This document shows, piece by piece, positions 51,101 through 62,024 of a stretch of 62,501 bases of DNA. The position numbers and the translations under genes were made by a program. The notes beneath the pieces are model-generated. The model was not told where the DNA came from. It searched no databases and saw only the letters and a list, made by a program, of their open reading frames with translations. This DNA comes from Ruditapes philippinarum (Eukaryota). Location of the stretch: NCBI RefSeq assembly GCF_026571515.1, contig NW_026852643.1, positions 1 to 62,501 of the forward strand, in the 5' to 3' direction. Numbering within the stretch: position 1 is the first letter of the stretch; every line of letters starts with the position of its first letter.

Positions 51101-52097
51101 AAGTAATAAAAAGCGTGTGCCCTAAACGAGAAAACAATGGGCGGAACTAAATAAAATGGAATTTTGAAAGGGAATCAGAGGTTATGAAGCCTGCGTATCA
51201 CAGATAAGACGTCAAAAGACAAATTTAAAAAGCAGGCAACAATTCCTAAGGGTGATTCAATATTATTCAAGTAGGAATATTGGAACCACCCAACTAGAAA
51301 ATGCCGAAAAGTTGAAACTAAAAATACCACAAGCACAACAATAATGTCTTGCTGAACGATCTTCAAGGATCGAAAATATAACATCATTGATTAAATGTAC
51401 GGGGAGACTTTTTACAGCCGCCACACGACAATCTTTGCCTCTTTTTGGTAGTTTACGTGCATTGTAAATGCCGTTTGCAATGCAAAAATTACTTTTATTG
51501 TTCTCTTCACATTTAAAATACTTTACTTTTCATAAACTATTCGTTACAAAAGCAACTATATAAGATAAGTTTGTCTGATTATATAGGGTACAAAAGATCT
51601 TTTTTCAACAACAAATATATTTTTTACAATGAATTCATGTAATTGAAATAACATCGAATTATAACTTCGATTGCATTTTACTATTACGTACATCTCAATC
51701 CAGGAATCATTTGATCGAGCACTACTCGACCATGTTTCTTCAGATGACACCAGTACTGTTTGGTTACAGGAAACGGACTCGACATTGATTGATATAATTT
51801 AAAAAGAACTTGTTTCGCAACCGCGCTTAACTAAATATATTTAAAGTAATTGTCATTTAGAATTGTTTAAGATTTCATGTTTCTTAATTATTTTGTTCCG
51901 GAATATTGTTTCTGATTTATTTTGATAGACAGGTTAAACTTCAACCGTACCTTTATTCTTCTGATCAGATTATCATTCTCCTCAACACCCTCCCGTATGA
52001 AGATGTAAACGTCCTCATAACCGCCATTGTTCACCTTTATAGAAATACACACTTTCACGACGAAAATTAGAATCAAACATTTTATGTTAGAGCCCAT
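36121..52097 (-). CDS. CLCA: CLCA-like gene B, intact, 14 exons (5'->3'): 52097-51951, 47459-47171, 45163-45058, 44096-43925, 43524-43386, 41648-41536, 40626-40405, 40283-39993, 39530-39321, 38696-38432, 38113-37958, 37622-37389, 36820-36399, 36144-36121; about 929 aa type I membrane protein
   Basis: The spliced ORF is continuous (2790 nt): signal peptide, [49 protein letters not shown] helix [25 protein letters not shown] followed by RKRLR. All splice phases are compatible. Confidence 0.93.
36399..36820 (-). CDS. CLCA: CLCA-B exon 13 (end of FnIII-like domain plus transmembrane helix); reads to a stop at 36387 if unspliced
   Basis: [20 protein letters not shown] helix, RKRLRSK, then AAG|GTAACC donor. 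Confidence 0.9.
37389..37622 (-). CDS. CLCA: CLCA-B exon 12
   Basis: FQRVQ...APGRITD...SWTATGDD; 234 nt. Confidence 0.9.
37958..38113 (-). CDS. CLCA: CLCA-B exon 11
   Basis: [14 protein letters not shown]; 156 nt. Confidence 0.9.
38432..38696 (-). CDS. CLCA: CLCA-B exon 10
   Basis: VINASVKA...LLDNG; 265 nt. Confidence 0.9.
39321..39530 (-). CDS. CLCA: CLCA-B exon 9
   Basis: 210 nt; GAG|GTGAG donor. Confidence 0.88.
39993..40283 (-). CDS. CLCA: CLCA-B exon 8 (VWA)
   Basis: IVLISDG...AQDTGG; 291 nt. Confidence 0.9.
40405..40626 (-). CDS. CLCA: CLCA-B exon 7 (VWA)
   Basis: [11 protein letters not shown]...STCIGCG; 222 nt. Confidence 0.9.
41536..41648 (-). CDS. CLCA: CLCA-B exon 6 ([12 protein letters not shown])
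   Basis: MIDAS DxSxS; AG/GT ends. Confidence 0.9.
43386..43524 (-). CDS. CLCA: CLCA-B exon 5 (IKSFCD...[18 protein letters not shown])
   Basis: 139 nt; HN..APN.HN CLCA motif. Confidence 0.9.
43925..44096 (-). CDS. CLCA: CLCA-B exon 4 (CTTQIKG...CKFCP...[11 protein letters not shown])
   Basis: 172 nt, open, Cys-rich, ASLM motif. Confidence 0.9.
45058..45163 (-). CDS. CLCA: CLCA-B exon 3, canonical [14 protein letters not shown] zincin motif
   Basis: Read from the reverse complement; absent from the ORF track because it is too short. Confidence 0.93.
45375..45768 (-). mobile_element. tRNA-headed SINE with a Deu/Nin-type core
   Basis: Reverse-strand head GGCGCAATAGCTCAGTTGGTTAGA...GGTTCGATCC (A and B boxes); body with the CTCTTTTTGAAAAGACCTCTTGGTTCTTTTACACGCCC core; short (TTACA)n tail. 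Confidence 0.75.
47171..47459 (-). CDS. CLCA: CLCA-B exon 2 ([10 protein letters not shown]...RWGSH)
   Basis: FTEAS..L..AT..R.Y...I.IVVP.SW CLCA motif; AG/GT ends. Confidence 0.9.
50825..51390. repeat. Local dispersed repeat: inverted copies at about 54675-54880 and 56830-56910, direct copy at about 59100-59405
   Basis: Shared blocks GCAGGCTCGGTTTGATTGAGCCTGTT, CCCCTAGCACCGGCTTAAGCAGAATTCAACATTTAA and CCCTAAACGAGAAAACAATGG.CGGAACTAAATAA. Confidence 0.8.
51951..52097 (-). CDS. CLCA: CLCA-B exon 1 (signal peptide, MGSNIK...LIRRIK)
   Basis: NGGYEDV motif; donor AAG|GTACGG. Confidence 0.88.
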
Positions 52098-53514
52098 TCT
52101 GCTGACTGAATAATATGCGCTTTAACAATCTTTCCCTTTCGGTTTCTTTTTGTTAACTGATATGACGGAGAAGGATGTTAGAATATAAATATCATTGTTA
52201 CATCAATACTATGCGCTTCTTTGGGTAAAATACTTATATTACAGAAATTTATTGAAATCTAGTAGATTCTTCCTGAATATGTCTAATTCGAATAAGTAAA
52301 TGTATAAACTATGTTTAAGAAGCGACATTACCCTAATACTTTTCAAATTTATTAAAAAATGCAAGTTTTTTTTAATGACACTATGTTGTCATACTGTGAT
52401 TGTCTGTAAGACTTTTTTTAGTTTAAAACGTAACGTAATTTTCCTGTGTATTACATTTCAAAATTCATTTCAGTGCCATGATAAGAAAAAAAAGTTGTAG
52501 CGTTTTACTGTCCAATGACGCAAATCACATGTTTTGGTGTAAGCTTGGTTATTTTAACACGATACTGCTTTAAGGCGAAAATATAAAAAAGTACCAGGTA
52601 CTGCTACCTACCAAATATCAAAGCTCTGGTTCTCAAATATGTGCAAACGAATCTTTAACAGTTAGCTTTTGGTTTACATGACAACCAGGACTTTGTTTTT
52701 CTTTATTCAATATAGAATGGAATCATCTGATGCAATTTGGTAGGACTTTAAGGGCACAATATGCCTCAAAAAGAAATGGATTTTTCCTTCTTTTGAAAGG
52801 GCAAACATGTTTTTTAGAACGTTCAAAAATGGAAATAGTTTAAAGCCATTTCAAATGCTTATCACCTGCAGATTGTAACCTTGAATGTAAAATTATTGAT
52901 CATTAAAGTAGCAAAATGTAAACATACTAGTATTGTGACGTCCATACAAAATAGTAAATCACTTTAATTGCATTGATTGCAAAAAGTAATGCAGGCACAT
53001 GATGGTTCAGGTTATTTGCCAACCAGTAAGATTTTTGGAAAATATAACATGATGTCAAAACTAAAATGCCTTTGAGAAATAAAAATAATTCTGTTTTTGA
53101 GATATAACGGGCGTCTAAGAAAAAAATAGTTTGAGTTTAAACATATTTTATTCCTTTCAATTTTTACAATATGTACAATGCAAATATATAGAAAGAAACA
53201 TTTGTAAATATATTTTGAAAGAAAAAAGATTGGACCACAAGTTCAAATAACATCCGTAAGAAAAGAACATTCATGCAATGGCTTATGTAGATAAAACCTT
53301 AAAACATATCAGAATATCAATTAGACGTACGTAATCTGTTTATTACCATGTGGCTTGTTGTGAAATATTAAAATAGGTTATCATTGTTTCATAACTATAT
53401 AGGATATGAGGTAGCATATATTCTGACACAGAAATGTTAAGATAAGGGGCAAACCATCGTTCCGTATTTCACTTATATGATTCGATTTCAAGTCATAGAG
53501 AAGGTGTTTTGAAC
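52098..53514. promoter_or_regulatory. Divergent (head-to-head) intergenic/promoter region shared by CLCA-B and the C-type lectin
   Basis: Start codons on opposite strands 1.4 kb apart; no specific promoter element is identified. Confidence 0.45.
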
Positions 53515-53563
53515 ATGGAAACATATGTGTTTGCATTTCTTATTGTTTGCACAGCAGTAACAC
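53515..53563 (+). CDS. C-type lectin exon 1 (signal peptide)
   Basis: ATG, hydrophobic leader, C|GTAAG donor, phase 1. Confidence 0.75.
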
Positions 53564-56500
53564 GTAAGATATTTTACACTCATCAATGTACCGATCATTA
53601 CGTTAGATATCCGTGAAATTTCACTTTACATTTTTCAACACAACTATCTTGAATTATGGGAGTAAAAGCAAGCGATTGACTAGGGGCAATTTTTCACTAC
53701 GCTTATAGTGCCAAATGAAACCCATTTGGATTTAGATACAGTGAAACAATATAAATATAGATAAAATTTTAAAATAATGCATACTACAATCAAATGTTAT
53801 TTTCAGTTTCAGAAGCCTGTGATAATGGTTGGGTTCCATTTGGCAGTTCGTGCTATAAATACTTCACTGACAGAAAAACCTGGTCTCAGGCAAAGGTTCG
53901 TGTTTACCATAACAAACATATGAGCCGCGTCACGACAAAACCAACATAGTGAGTTTGCGACCAGCATGAATCCAGACCAGCCTGCGCATCCGCGCAATCT
54001 GATCAGGATCCATGCTATTCGCTTACCAACTCTATTACAAGTATTGAAACTGATAGCAAACAGCATGGATCCTGATCAGACTGCTCGAATGCGCAGGCTG
54101 GTCTGGATCCATGCTGGTCGCAAACGCACTATGTTAGTTTGTCGTGACGTGGCTCAAATGCGTAAATAATCTCAAACTGTCAAAATGATATTTATATTTG
54201 TTATTATCTGACTATAAGATGACCATCAGCATTGATTAATAAAACCCTTTTTAATGACTTTACAATATTTGTGTCATCTCGCGAAACAACATTATTTTAA
54301 ACTGAGGATTAGATGACATAAACAAGTAATTTTTACAGGACGAACATCTAAAATTTCAACAATTTCTATGTGTGTGTATGTGTGTGTGCGTGCGTGCGTG
54401 CTTGTGTTTTTTAAATGAAAATTTACAATATTTATCACACTCTTAATGCTTTTCAATATCATTTTTACAATGCTGCATGTCGGGTGCGGTTGCATTATCA
54501 TGACGGTGGTTACATCATTTATACACACACTGTTACAAATCAGAGTATTTTTTTCCATATAGATTTAGACAAAAACAACAACAAACGGCAATATACATAT
54601 TTGACAGGATATGTGGCCGTGACATAGAGCAATGTGTAATTTATCACAGCACAATTACGATTTTCACAACTTCGAACACATCTGTTGATGTTTCTAAATT
54701 CAAAATTTTACCATTTTAGTGTTTAAATGTTGAATTCTGCTTAAGCCGGTGCTAGGGGGCTTGGACGGTAACTTGCGCTTTCAGTACCGTCCATAAACAG
54801 GCTCAATCAAACCGAGCCTGCAAAGTTTTACAATTTTGATGTGTTGGGTTTTCTTTAGGGATTCTGTTTTTCTCTATTTCGAGGATGTTTATACGTCTGG
54901 ATAGCTTTATTTAATAACTTTCCAACGGTATAAACACGGAGTTTTTATATTTCCTAAAACTTTAAAAGTTCTGAGCGTCAATAGATGTCCCCTCAACAAT
55001 CAGTAAGTGCCTCAGAAGTCAGCGTACCGTAACGCATTTTGTAAATGGATTAAAGATTTAAATTATGTATTTGAAACCGCGCAGCATAATGTGAAGGGAA
55101 GTAAATTTCCTTTGACTATTTGGGTCGGATGCTTTTGAAATTTAAATATGTGCCACTGGCCGTGTAGGCTTATAACTGCTTATACTTGGCCATGTTACTT
55201 GTTAAAAGTTTGATAACAATTATGTATGCCAACTCTTATGACCTTAGATTCTATTTAATAAGCAAGAGATAGTCATTTTTTTTACAAATTGGAAGGTTAT
55301 ATACATATAAATTAGATTAAGTTGATATTTTAAAATACTATCTATCATTTCAATCTGACTTTATGCTTTTGAAGACGAAGGGACAAAATATCATTTCAAA
55401 TTTCAAACAAGAATATCAGTCTCTTGAAAAATGTTGATTTATTTATATAATTTATGTATTAATAAACAAAGAAATATTCCAGACTTATTGTGAATCCCAA
55501 AAGAGTCACTTGACAATTGTGATGAGTACCGAAGAGAACAACTTCTTGAAAGCAGAACTAAGAAAGCATCATCTAGGTAAAGACATATTATTACTAAGAT
55601 ATGGTAAACAAGATCAACATGGAAACAAAGGGGTACGGCTCATTAAATGTTCACAAAATATGTATTTGATGGTAGAAAACATCTATCCTAAGTCAGAAAT
55701 GAATTCTAAGTACATTCCCATTACACTATATACTAATATATAGACAAGGGTAACAACTCCCATAAGAAGGTGTCTATGCCCAATCAGGGTTTTTGCCTCG
55801 CAGTTTTTTACACGATACAGCATAAATAAAAATGAATTATGCAATTTGTAGTCGAATGATTTATCTATCGAACCAATGTAAAACTTTTCTTATATCTCTT
55901 ATACTTAAGTAGTACTGGCCGTCAAAGTAACAAAAAACTGTTCATTTTCGCGAGGTCGACATCGATCGTGGCTACGCAGGAAACACAAAGTTACACGACT
56001 GTTGCAATCGTTGGAGATAATATCACAAGCATTTATCATGCTGGGCAATTGAAAATACATAAAAGTAATCAAAATATACCAATAACCTATAATGACAATG
56101 TGATATAAACTCACCTGCGGCTTCAAAATATTTTCCCGTTGAAATTTCTATAAAACACCGCCATCTTGACGAATGTAAACAACCGTCATTTGATTGGTCG
56201 ATTTATTTCCCGAAAATAAACCCGTAAATTTCCGAAAAAAAAACGACCAATCAGATGACGGTTGTTTATATTCGTCAAGATGGAAATTTCAACGGGAAAA
56301 TATTTTGAAGCCGCAGGTGAGTTTATATCACATTGTCATTATAGGTTATTGGTATATTTTGATTACTTTTATGTATTTTCAATTGCCCAGCATGATAAAT
56401 GCTTGTGATATTATCTCCAACGATTGCAACAGTCGTGTAACTTTGTGTTTCCTGCGTAGCCACGATCGATGTCGACCTCGCGAAAATGAACAGTTTTTTG

Positions 56501-59500
56501 TTACTTTGACGGCCAGTACTCGTTAAGTATAAGAGATATAAGAAAAGTTTTAAATTGGTTCGATAGATAAATCATTCGACTACAAATTGCATAATTCATT
56601 TTTATTTATGCTGTATCGTGTAAAAAACTGCGAGGCAAAAACCCTGATTGGGCATAGACACCTTCTTATGGGAGTTGTTACCCTTGTCTATATATTAGTA
56701 TATAGTGTAATGGGAATGTACTTAGAATTCATTTCTGACTTAGGATAGATGTTTTCTACCATCAAATACATATTTTGTGAACATTCAATGAGCCGTACCC
56801 CTTTGCATGGAAAGGCTGCGTTCAATGAACGCTAAATCAAACCGAGCCTGCAACATTTTCAATTTTGCGGTGTTGGGCTTTTTTTAAGGGATTCTGTATT
56901 TTCTATTTTGTTGATCTTTATTCCCTTTTTTTTTCTTACGCTGATCTTGAGTCATATATGCAATTAATTTTCAATGGCAAGTTATCGATTTTTTGATTTC
57001 ATTTTGCTATAACTGGCGATAACTTTATTTAATTAGCCCATTACATGAAGGCGTAGAGATATTAAGTTCAATTTGAAACATCAACGCAATAAATGCAATA
57101 TCACACTGAAACTGTATGTTTTAAGTTTGATATAGCTCTGATAGGTTGCTCTGAAATAATTAAGATCATATTCTCTAGAAGCCTAATTTGATTGTTTTAC
57201 TTAGATATTTCCATTTTTTTACCAAAATAATGGTTAGCAGATGGTTATACTCTTTTAACATGGCAAATTAATGTAGTTATTATTAATACACAGGTGGAAC
57301 ATCATAAAATAACGGTCGAGTCCAAACTTTGCTCCAGACCACTTATTTCTCAAATAGTTAAGGTGGCGGGTGTAGGTATGAGTCACCTTTAGTGAAAGCT
57401 CTCGTTAGACAATATCTATGGTCTGGTAGTATTTCAGATATCTGTCAGGAAAAAGATATGGCTCAGGAAAAGTCACTGTTTACTTGCTTATATTGAGTTA
57501 TTACCCTTTTTAATATACTTAAGGACAATGAAAACGCACGCCCGCATTATATGCATTTTATTACATGAAAACAAAACACTAACGACTCCATTAGATATAT
57601 ATCATAACTTTAATACAAAACGCAAGCTTATCAACTGAAAATAATTCAAAATGTTACAAATCAAATGAACACCAGTAAATCGAAGAACCTTAGGTGAAAA
57701 TCCCCAAATCACACTTTTTCATCACAGTAATGCAAACTTAACAAAGGCAAAAACCAAATTGAAAATCCAAAACAAAGTCACTCATAAATGTCTTTTTGTA
57801 TTGTCACCGTCTGGATTTTTAGAAACGACAAAATCCTCCATCAGCGTCTTTTACAGATGTACATCGTCGCCTCATAGACCTTACGGTGCCGATTGTCGCC
57901 TGTGGAATCTGACGCCATTCAGCCTGTAGTGTAGTGAGAAAACGCTGAAGCCGAGAAATTGTAGACCGATGAACACCTAAACGGTTGGCGCTTTGACAAT
58001 ACAAGATTTGATTTAAAATAGACCAGAATGAATCTGTCCTAAATCTACCCAGCGGTTAATTCTTTGTAGAACCATTGCATACAATTTGCTAGCAATTCTT
58101 CAGTAGTGTTTGAAATTAAGCACCTTTAATAGAGGAAAAGTGTGTATATGCAATTTCAACGTGAGCTTTTATGATTTCTAAAACTGACCATTGGCATAGT
58201 TTAATATTCATTTTCATAAAAAAAATGATTGTGTCTAACATTTCTAGAAAGGTGTGATAAAAAGTTTATAATTAACAGTTTAAAAGAAATAAATAATGTC
58301 ATTTCATTAAGTAACCATGAATTGATTAAATCGGTTTTACCACAATAAGCCAATTAGCCAAAAGTGTTACTTTTGATTTTTCGGGTACTGTCTTTATCAT
58401 GCAATAACTTCATTAAAATGCAATAATTTTTCACAACTTTGGTATCTAAATGACCGGAATGCATTCGGCTTTATGGAACTGTGAAAAAAATATTTAAAAT
58501 AAATACATTTTCCTTGTTAAAATGCAGTTATCTCGACCGTGCGTTTTCATTGTCCTTAAGTATATGTACTCTTTTTGGTTTATTCATTTTTATTTGCTAT
58601 AAATATGACTCAAAAAGTATTTTAAGTATCAGCATGAACCTTTATAGAGGGTGATTATTATTAAGGGACAGTGATTTGTTTATGTAATTTTGTCTGTTCC
58701 CTCCGTCAGTCTAGACAATTTGTCCTACTGTGATTCAAACATAACTAACTCTTAAATTGTATTCAACGGTGTATACGAATTAAACTTTAAGTCTGTTTCC
58801 GTTCCTTTACCCTGTAGCGTTTTGATTTTTTTTAGATAAACTTGATCAAGTATGGATGGACGGTGATGATTTGAAAGTAGAAGGCAGTTTTGTCTGGGCG
58901 AATACTGGCGAAGAGTATGTCATTCATATTTTAAAGGCATATTTTAACAATAAACATTTTTAAAATATACCTTTTTAAGTTAGGTAGAAATATTCCTATT
59001 GTGGACAAAACATGTTGAAATTTTTATAAAATTGGAAAGCAGTTGTTATTTACTCATATTAAATTTCATTGTTTCGTATTGTTATAATAAATGGTCACAA
59101 CCCTAGCACCGTTTTCAGCGGAATTCAACATTTAATCACAAAATTGTGAAAGATTTAATTCGGAAACATCTGTAGAAGTGATCATATGATGGTTATCATG
59201 TATCTTCAATGTGACACATGAAAAGCGGCGTATGGTCCGCAAGTAAGCTTTTAATGAAAGCGGCGTATGGGTTGCAAGTGCGTTTCAACATGCGCTTACC
59301 CTAAACGAGAAAACAATGGACGGAACTAAATAATATGGAGTTTTGAAAGGGAGATCAGCCGATATAATTTAAGCCTGTTTTTCACAAGATAATAACGTCA
59401 AAATTTAAAAAGGGGTATATACCCTTGTTTTTCTTCGCGGACTTAAACCATCTAAAACAAGATTAAAAATAAAAGCCAAACAAGAAACGATTTTATAAGA

Positions 59501-60922
59501 TAAATAGGCAAATATAAACGTAAGAAAACTGAATAGGATCCATAGAAAAAAAAAAGCAAACCACATTAAACAATAAAGCAAGACCACAGAGAGGATCAGA
59601 GAAGTTTGCCATGGGGGTTACACGTGCAACATGCCCACGCCCCCCCCGGTTTTTGCAGCTTCCTCCTTTGTATTAAGTGTTGGGTTAAGCAATAATGACT
59701 GACTTTTTAATATTAAAGCTTTTTGCTTCATGATCATTTCGTTAACAATTATTCTGTTTAACACGTTAAAGCATTCATTATGATATTATTAGATATATTT
59801 TACAAAGCAGCGCACACATTTGTGATGAAAATTACATGATCAACTGACGTATAGAGTTCAGATATTTTGGTATAAAACATTGTCGTGAAGCCACGATATA
59901 ATTGAATATACACCTTGTTCTATGATAACCAATTTTTGAACTCTTGGTTGACTTGTTTAATCTTCTTTAAATTAAAACTATAATGTCTAAAGGATATGGG
60001 AAACTATGAACATGCATATTAATAAAGCCATTTAGTCCTATTGTTATATTGATTTTCAAAGTATATCAAAATTAAATTTTGCTCTATCTTCGAATGCAAA
60101 ACCTTCATTATATATTTTTGGTGAGTGTATTCTCTTGCAGACCTCTGACATGAATTACCATATTAGTCATTTTAAACTTTGTCACATATTGTTTTCATAC
60201 AATTTATGCAAGTTATACAAACAAAATGGTATACGATAATTTATATGTTTACAACTTCAGATTTGAAATAACGGATTGGGGACCCAATGAACCAAACCAA
60301 AATGGCGGTAACGAACATTGTTTGACATTTTTTGCACACTACAACTTCCAATGGAACGATGAACACTGTGACAGTACATTTGGATTTCTCTGCGAAAAAG
60401 AGTAAGTCGTCATGTGGATTTTCAAAGGCTTTGGTGGCTGGGTTGCTCTAGTCTGTGACTTAATATCTAAATTTGCTGATCGTTAATGAATTTCAGAACA
60501 AATTCCTTGTCCACTGGGTACAAATATGTTAAGTAATTTAGGGATGGACAATTCATTTTACCATTCCACTTCTTATAATACTAACCGTCTACTGGATTAT
60601 ACCTAAATAAGTAGCTATCTATCCGTGCTCTTCATCGGGCCTGTTGCCTCTGTAACAGGGCAACTGTTGTATTTACGCACTGAATCCAAAACAATGAAGG
60701 AATTAATAGCCTTTTTGATTGCATTGTTAATATGTGCGACCGAAATGCAACCGTTTAAAAATCGTAAGAAAAATATCAAGTTTTGGAATTATCATCCTAA
60801 TCATTTTGCGCAATAAATTACCTCGTTATTATATTAACTATTGTAAGTTAAGCTGACACATATTTGTAATAAGCATTAATTATTTTTCCCTGTCTTTCAG
60901 ATCCAGTCAAATCATTGGATAA
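53515..60922 (+). CDS. Secreted single-domain C-type lectin (perlucin-like), 6 exons: 53515-53563, 53807-53895, 55483-55576, 58836-58914, 60261-60401, 60901-60922; about 157 aa
   Basis: Spliced protein: METYVFAFLIVCTAVTLSEA-CDNGWVPFGSSCYKYFTDRKTWSQAK-TYCESQKSHLTIVMSTEENNFLKAELRKHHL-DKLDQVWMDGDDLKVEGSFVWANTGE-EFEITDWGPNEPNQNGGNEHCLTFFAHYNFQWNDEHCDSTFGFLCEK-ESSQIIG*. It has the six long-form CTLD cysteines, EPN and WND motifs, and compatible phases throughout. Confidence 0.92.
53807..53895 (+). CDS. C-type lectin exon 2 (CDNGW...SCY...TWSQAK)
   Basis: Canonical CTLD N-terminus; tttcag acceptor. Confidence 0.9.
53918..54159. mobile_element. Palindromic MITE, same family, 22 nt downstream of the lectin exon 2 donor
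   Basis: TIRs; identity to 19893-20124. Confidence 0.88.
55483..55576 (+). CDS. C-type lectin exon 3 (YCES..SHL..V.S.EEN.FL)
   Basis: CTLD helix motif; AG/GT ends. Confidence 0.88.
55626..56805. mobile_element. 1180-bp foldback element with 8-bp TSD (P- or hAT-type non-autonomous)
   Basis: Arms about 55626-56200 and 56244-56805 are nearly perfect reverse complements; TSD CATGGAAA at 55618-25 and 56806-13; termini CAAAGGGG...CCCCTTTG. Confidence 0.92.
57518..58560 (-). mobile_element. Internally deleted Tc1-like transposon
   Basis: 23-bp TIR CTTAAGGACAATGAAAACGCACG with TA on both sides. The remnant ORF joins an HTH (ANRLGVHRSTISRL) to the Tc1 C-terminus (EWRQIPQATI..VRSMRRRC..V..A.GG). Confidence 0.9.
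58836..58914 (+). CDS. C-type lectin exon 4 (VWMDG.D...EG.FVW)
   Basis: WIGL-equivalent motif; ttttttag acceptor. Confidence 0.88.
60261..60401 (+). CDS. C-type lectin exon 5 (EPN, WND, FLCEK)
   Basis: Ca/sugar-binding motifs; GA|GTAAGT donor (stop at 60403-60405 if unspliced). Confidence 0.92.
60901..60922 (+). CDS. C-type lectin terminal exon (SSQIIG*)
   Basis: tgtctttcag acceptor, phase matches, AATAAA 52 nt downstream. Confidence 0.7.
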
Positions 60923-60973
60923 CCTGTATAATACATCATCAACTACAAGAAAATATGTATTTTCTTTCTCTGA

Positions 60974-60979
60974 AATAAA
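60974..60979 (+). terminator. Putative polyadenylation signal of the lectin gene
   Basis: First AATAAA after the stop codon of the terminal exon. Confidence 0.5.
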
Positions 60980-61777
60980 GACATGACGCTTAAAGATGTA
61001 TACTTTTTATGAAACATTGCTTTAACATGTTGATGTACCTGTCAAATATTAAAACGCTTTTTGAAGTCCTCTTTGAAACAAGAAGGGGAACAAACATTGA
61101 ACTAACGTTAAAAAATAATTATCATAAGCTGTAACATTTAGACATTTTCTGCTATATGTCACAAAGAAACAACAACATAATCAATCAAAATCTTATTTTT
61201 TGGTCAAAATGTAGATCACAGGTCGGCCATTTTGGAAAAAAGTATGCCATTTAAAGCGCGATAAATGGTGTTACACTCTACTTTTTTCATGTTTCGGTGA
61301 AAATCATTAAATGTTATATTGCTCTGTTTTAAATATTACAACTATCTTTACTTTGTATGTCACAATTAAGTTTTACTGCAAACTAGAACATTTAGAAAAA
61401 AAAGATGATTGTTTCAGACATTTGTATACATTTTAATTGTCTATTGTCGCATTTTCTTGAAATAAGTGATGACGCGAAATTAGACTAAGTGATGATGAGT
61501 AAAGCATATTTCATAGCACATATAAACAAAACAAGGATACCAATACTAATCATGCTGACATACTGACAACTGTTTTTGTTATTGAGATGTTTATTAAGTA
61601 AGATCATGCAAAAGTTGTACTGCTAAAAAATTAAAGAATATAATGTTATTGAGAAAGGCCCTCTCGAAGAACAATGCCTAAGATGTAGTCTAAATTGATT
61701 GAATTGATAAGTAGTCTGTTTCGGAAATTCATTAATGACAGAAATAAAAGAAGAAAGTCACAAAAACTGAGACAACT

Positions 61778-62024
61778 GTAACCCAGTTGTTATGGTCGAC
61801 TTAAAACCACTTGCCTGTCACTGCTGTTGTTTCGAGCCACACCAGCGCACTCGCCATGAGAGAAAGTTTTCCAGCTATCTTACGGAACGTAGTTGGTTGT
61901 ACTCAGGTACCCGGTTGTGCCTAAAATAATGTAAAGAGGAGTACCTGAGGTCTTTCTTCACCGGTTAAGCTTGAAAGTCGCCATATGACATATACTGTGT
62001 TTGTGCCACGTTAAACCCAATAAA
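61778..62024 (+). mobile_element. tRNA-derived Meta-core SINE (BivaMeta/BivaMD-type); reverse fragment at about 15575-15620
   Basis: Core TCCAGCT..CTTACGGAA.GT.G.TGGTT.TAC.CAGGT.CCCG, GAAAGTCGCCATATGAC and 3' ACGTTAAACCCAA. Confidence 0.75.

Noticed and set aside
55905-56526. Twin ORFs (KPQVSLYHIV...)
   Set aside because: They are products of the foldback arms, not genes
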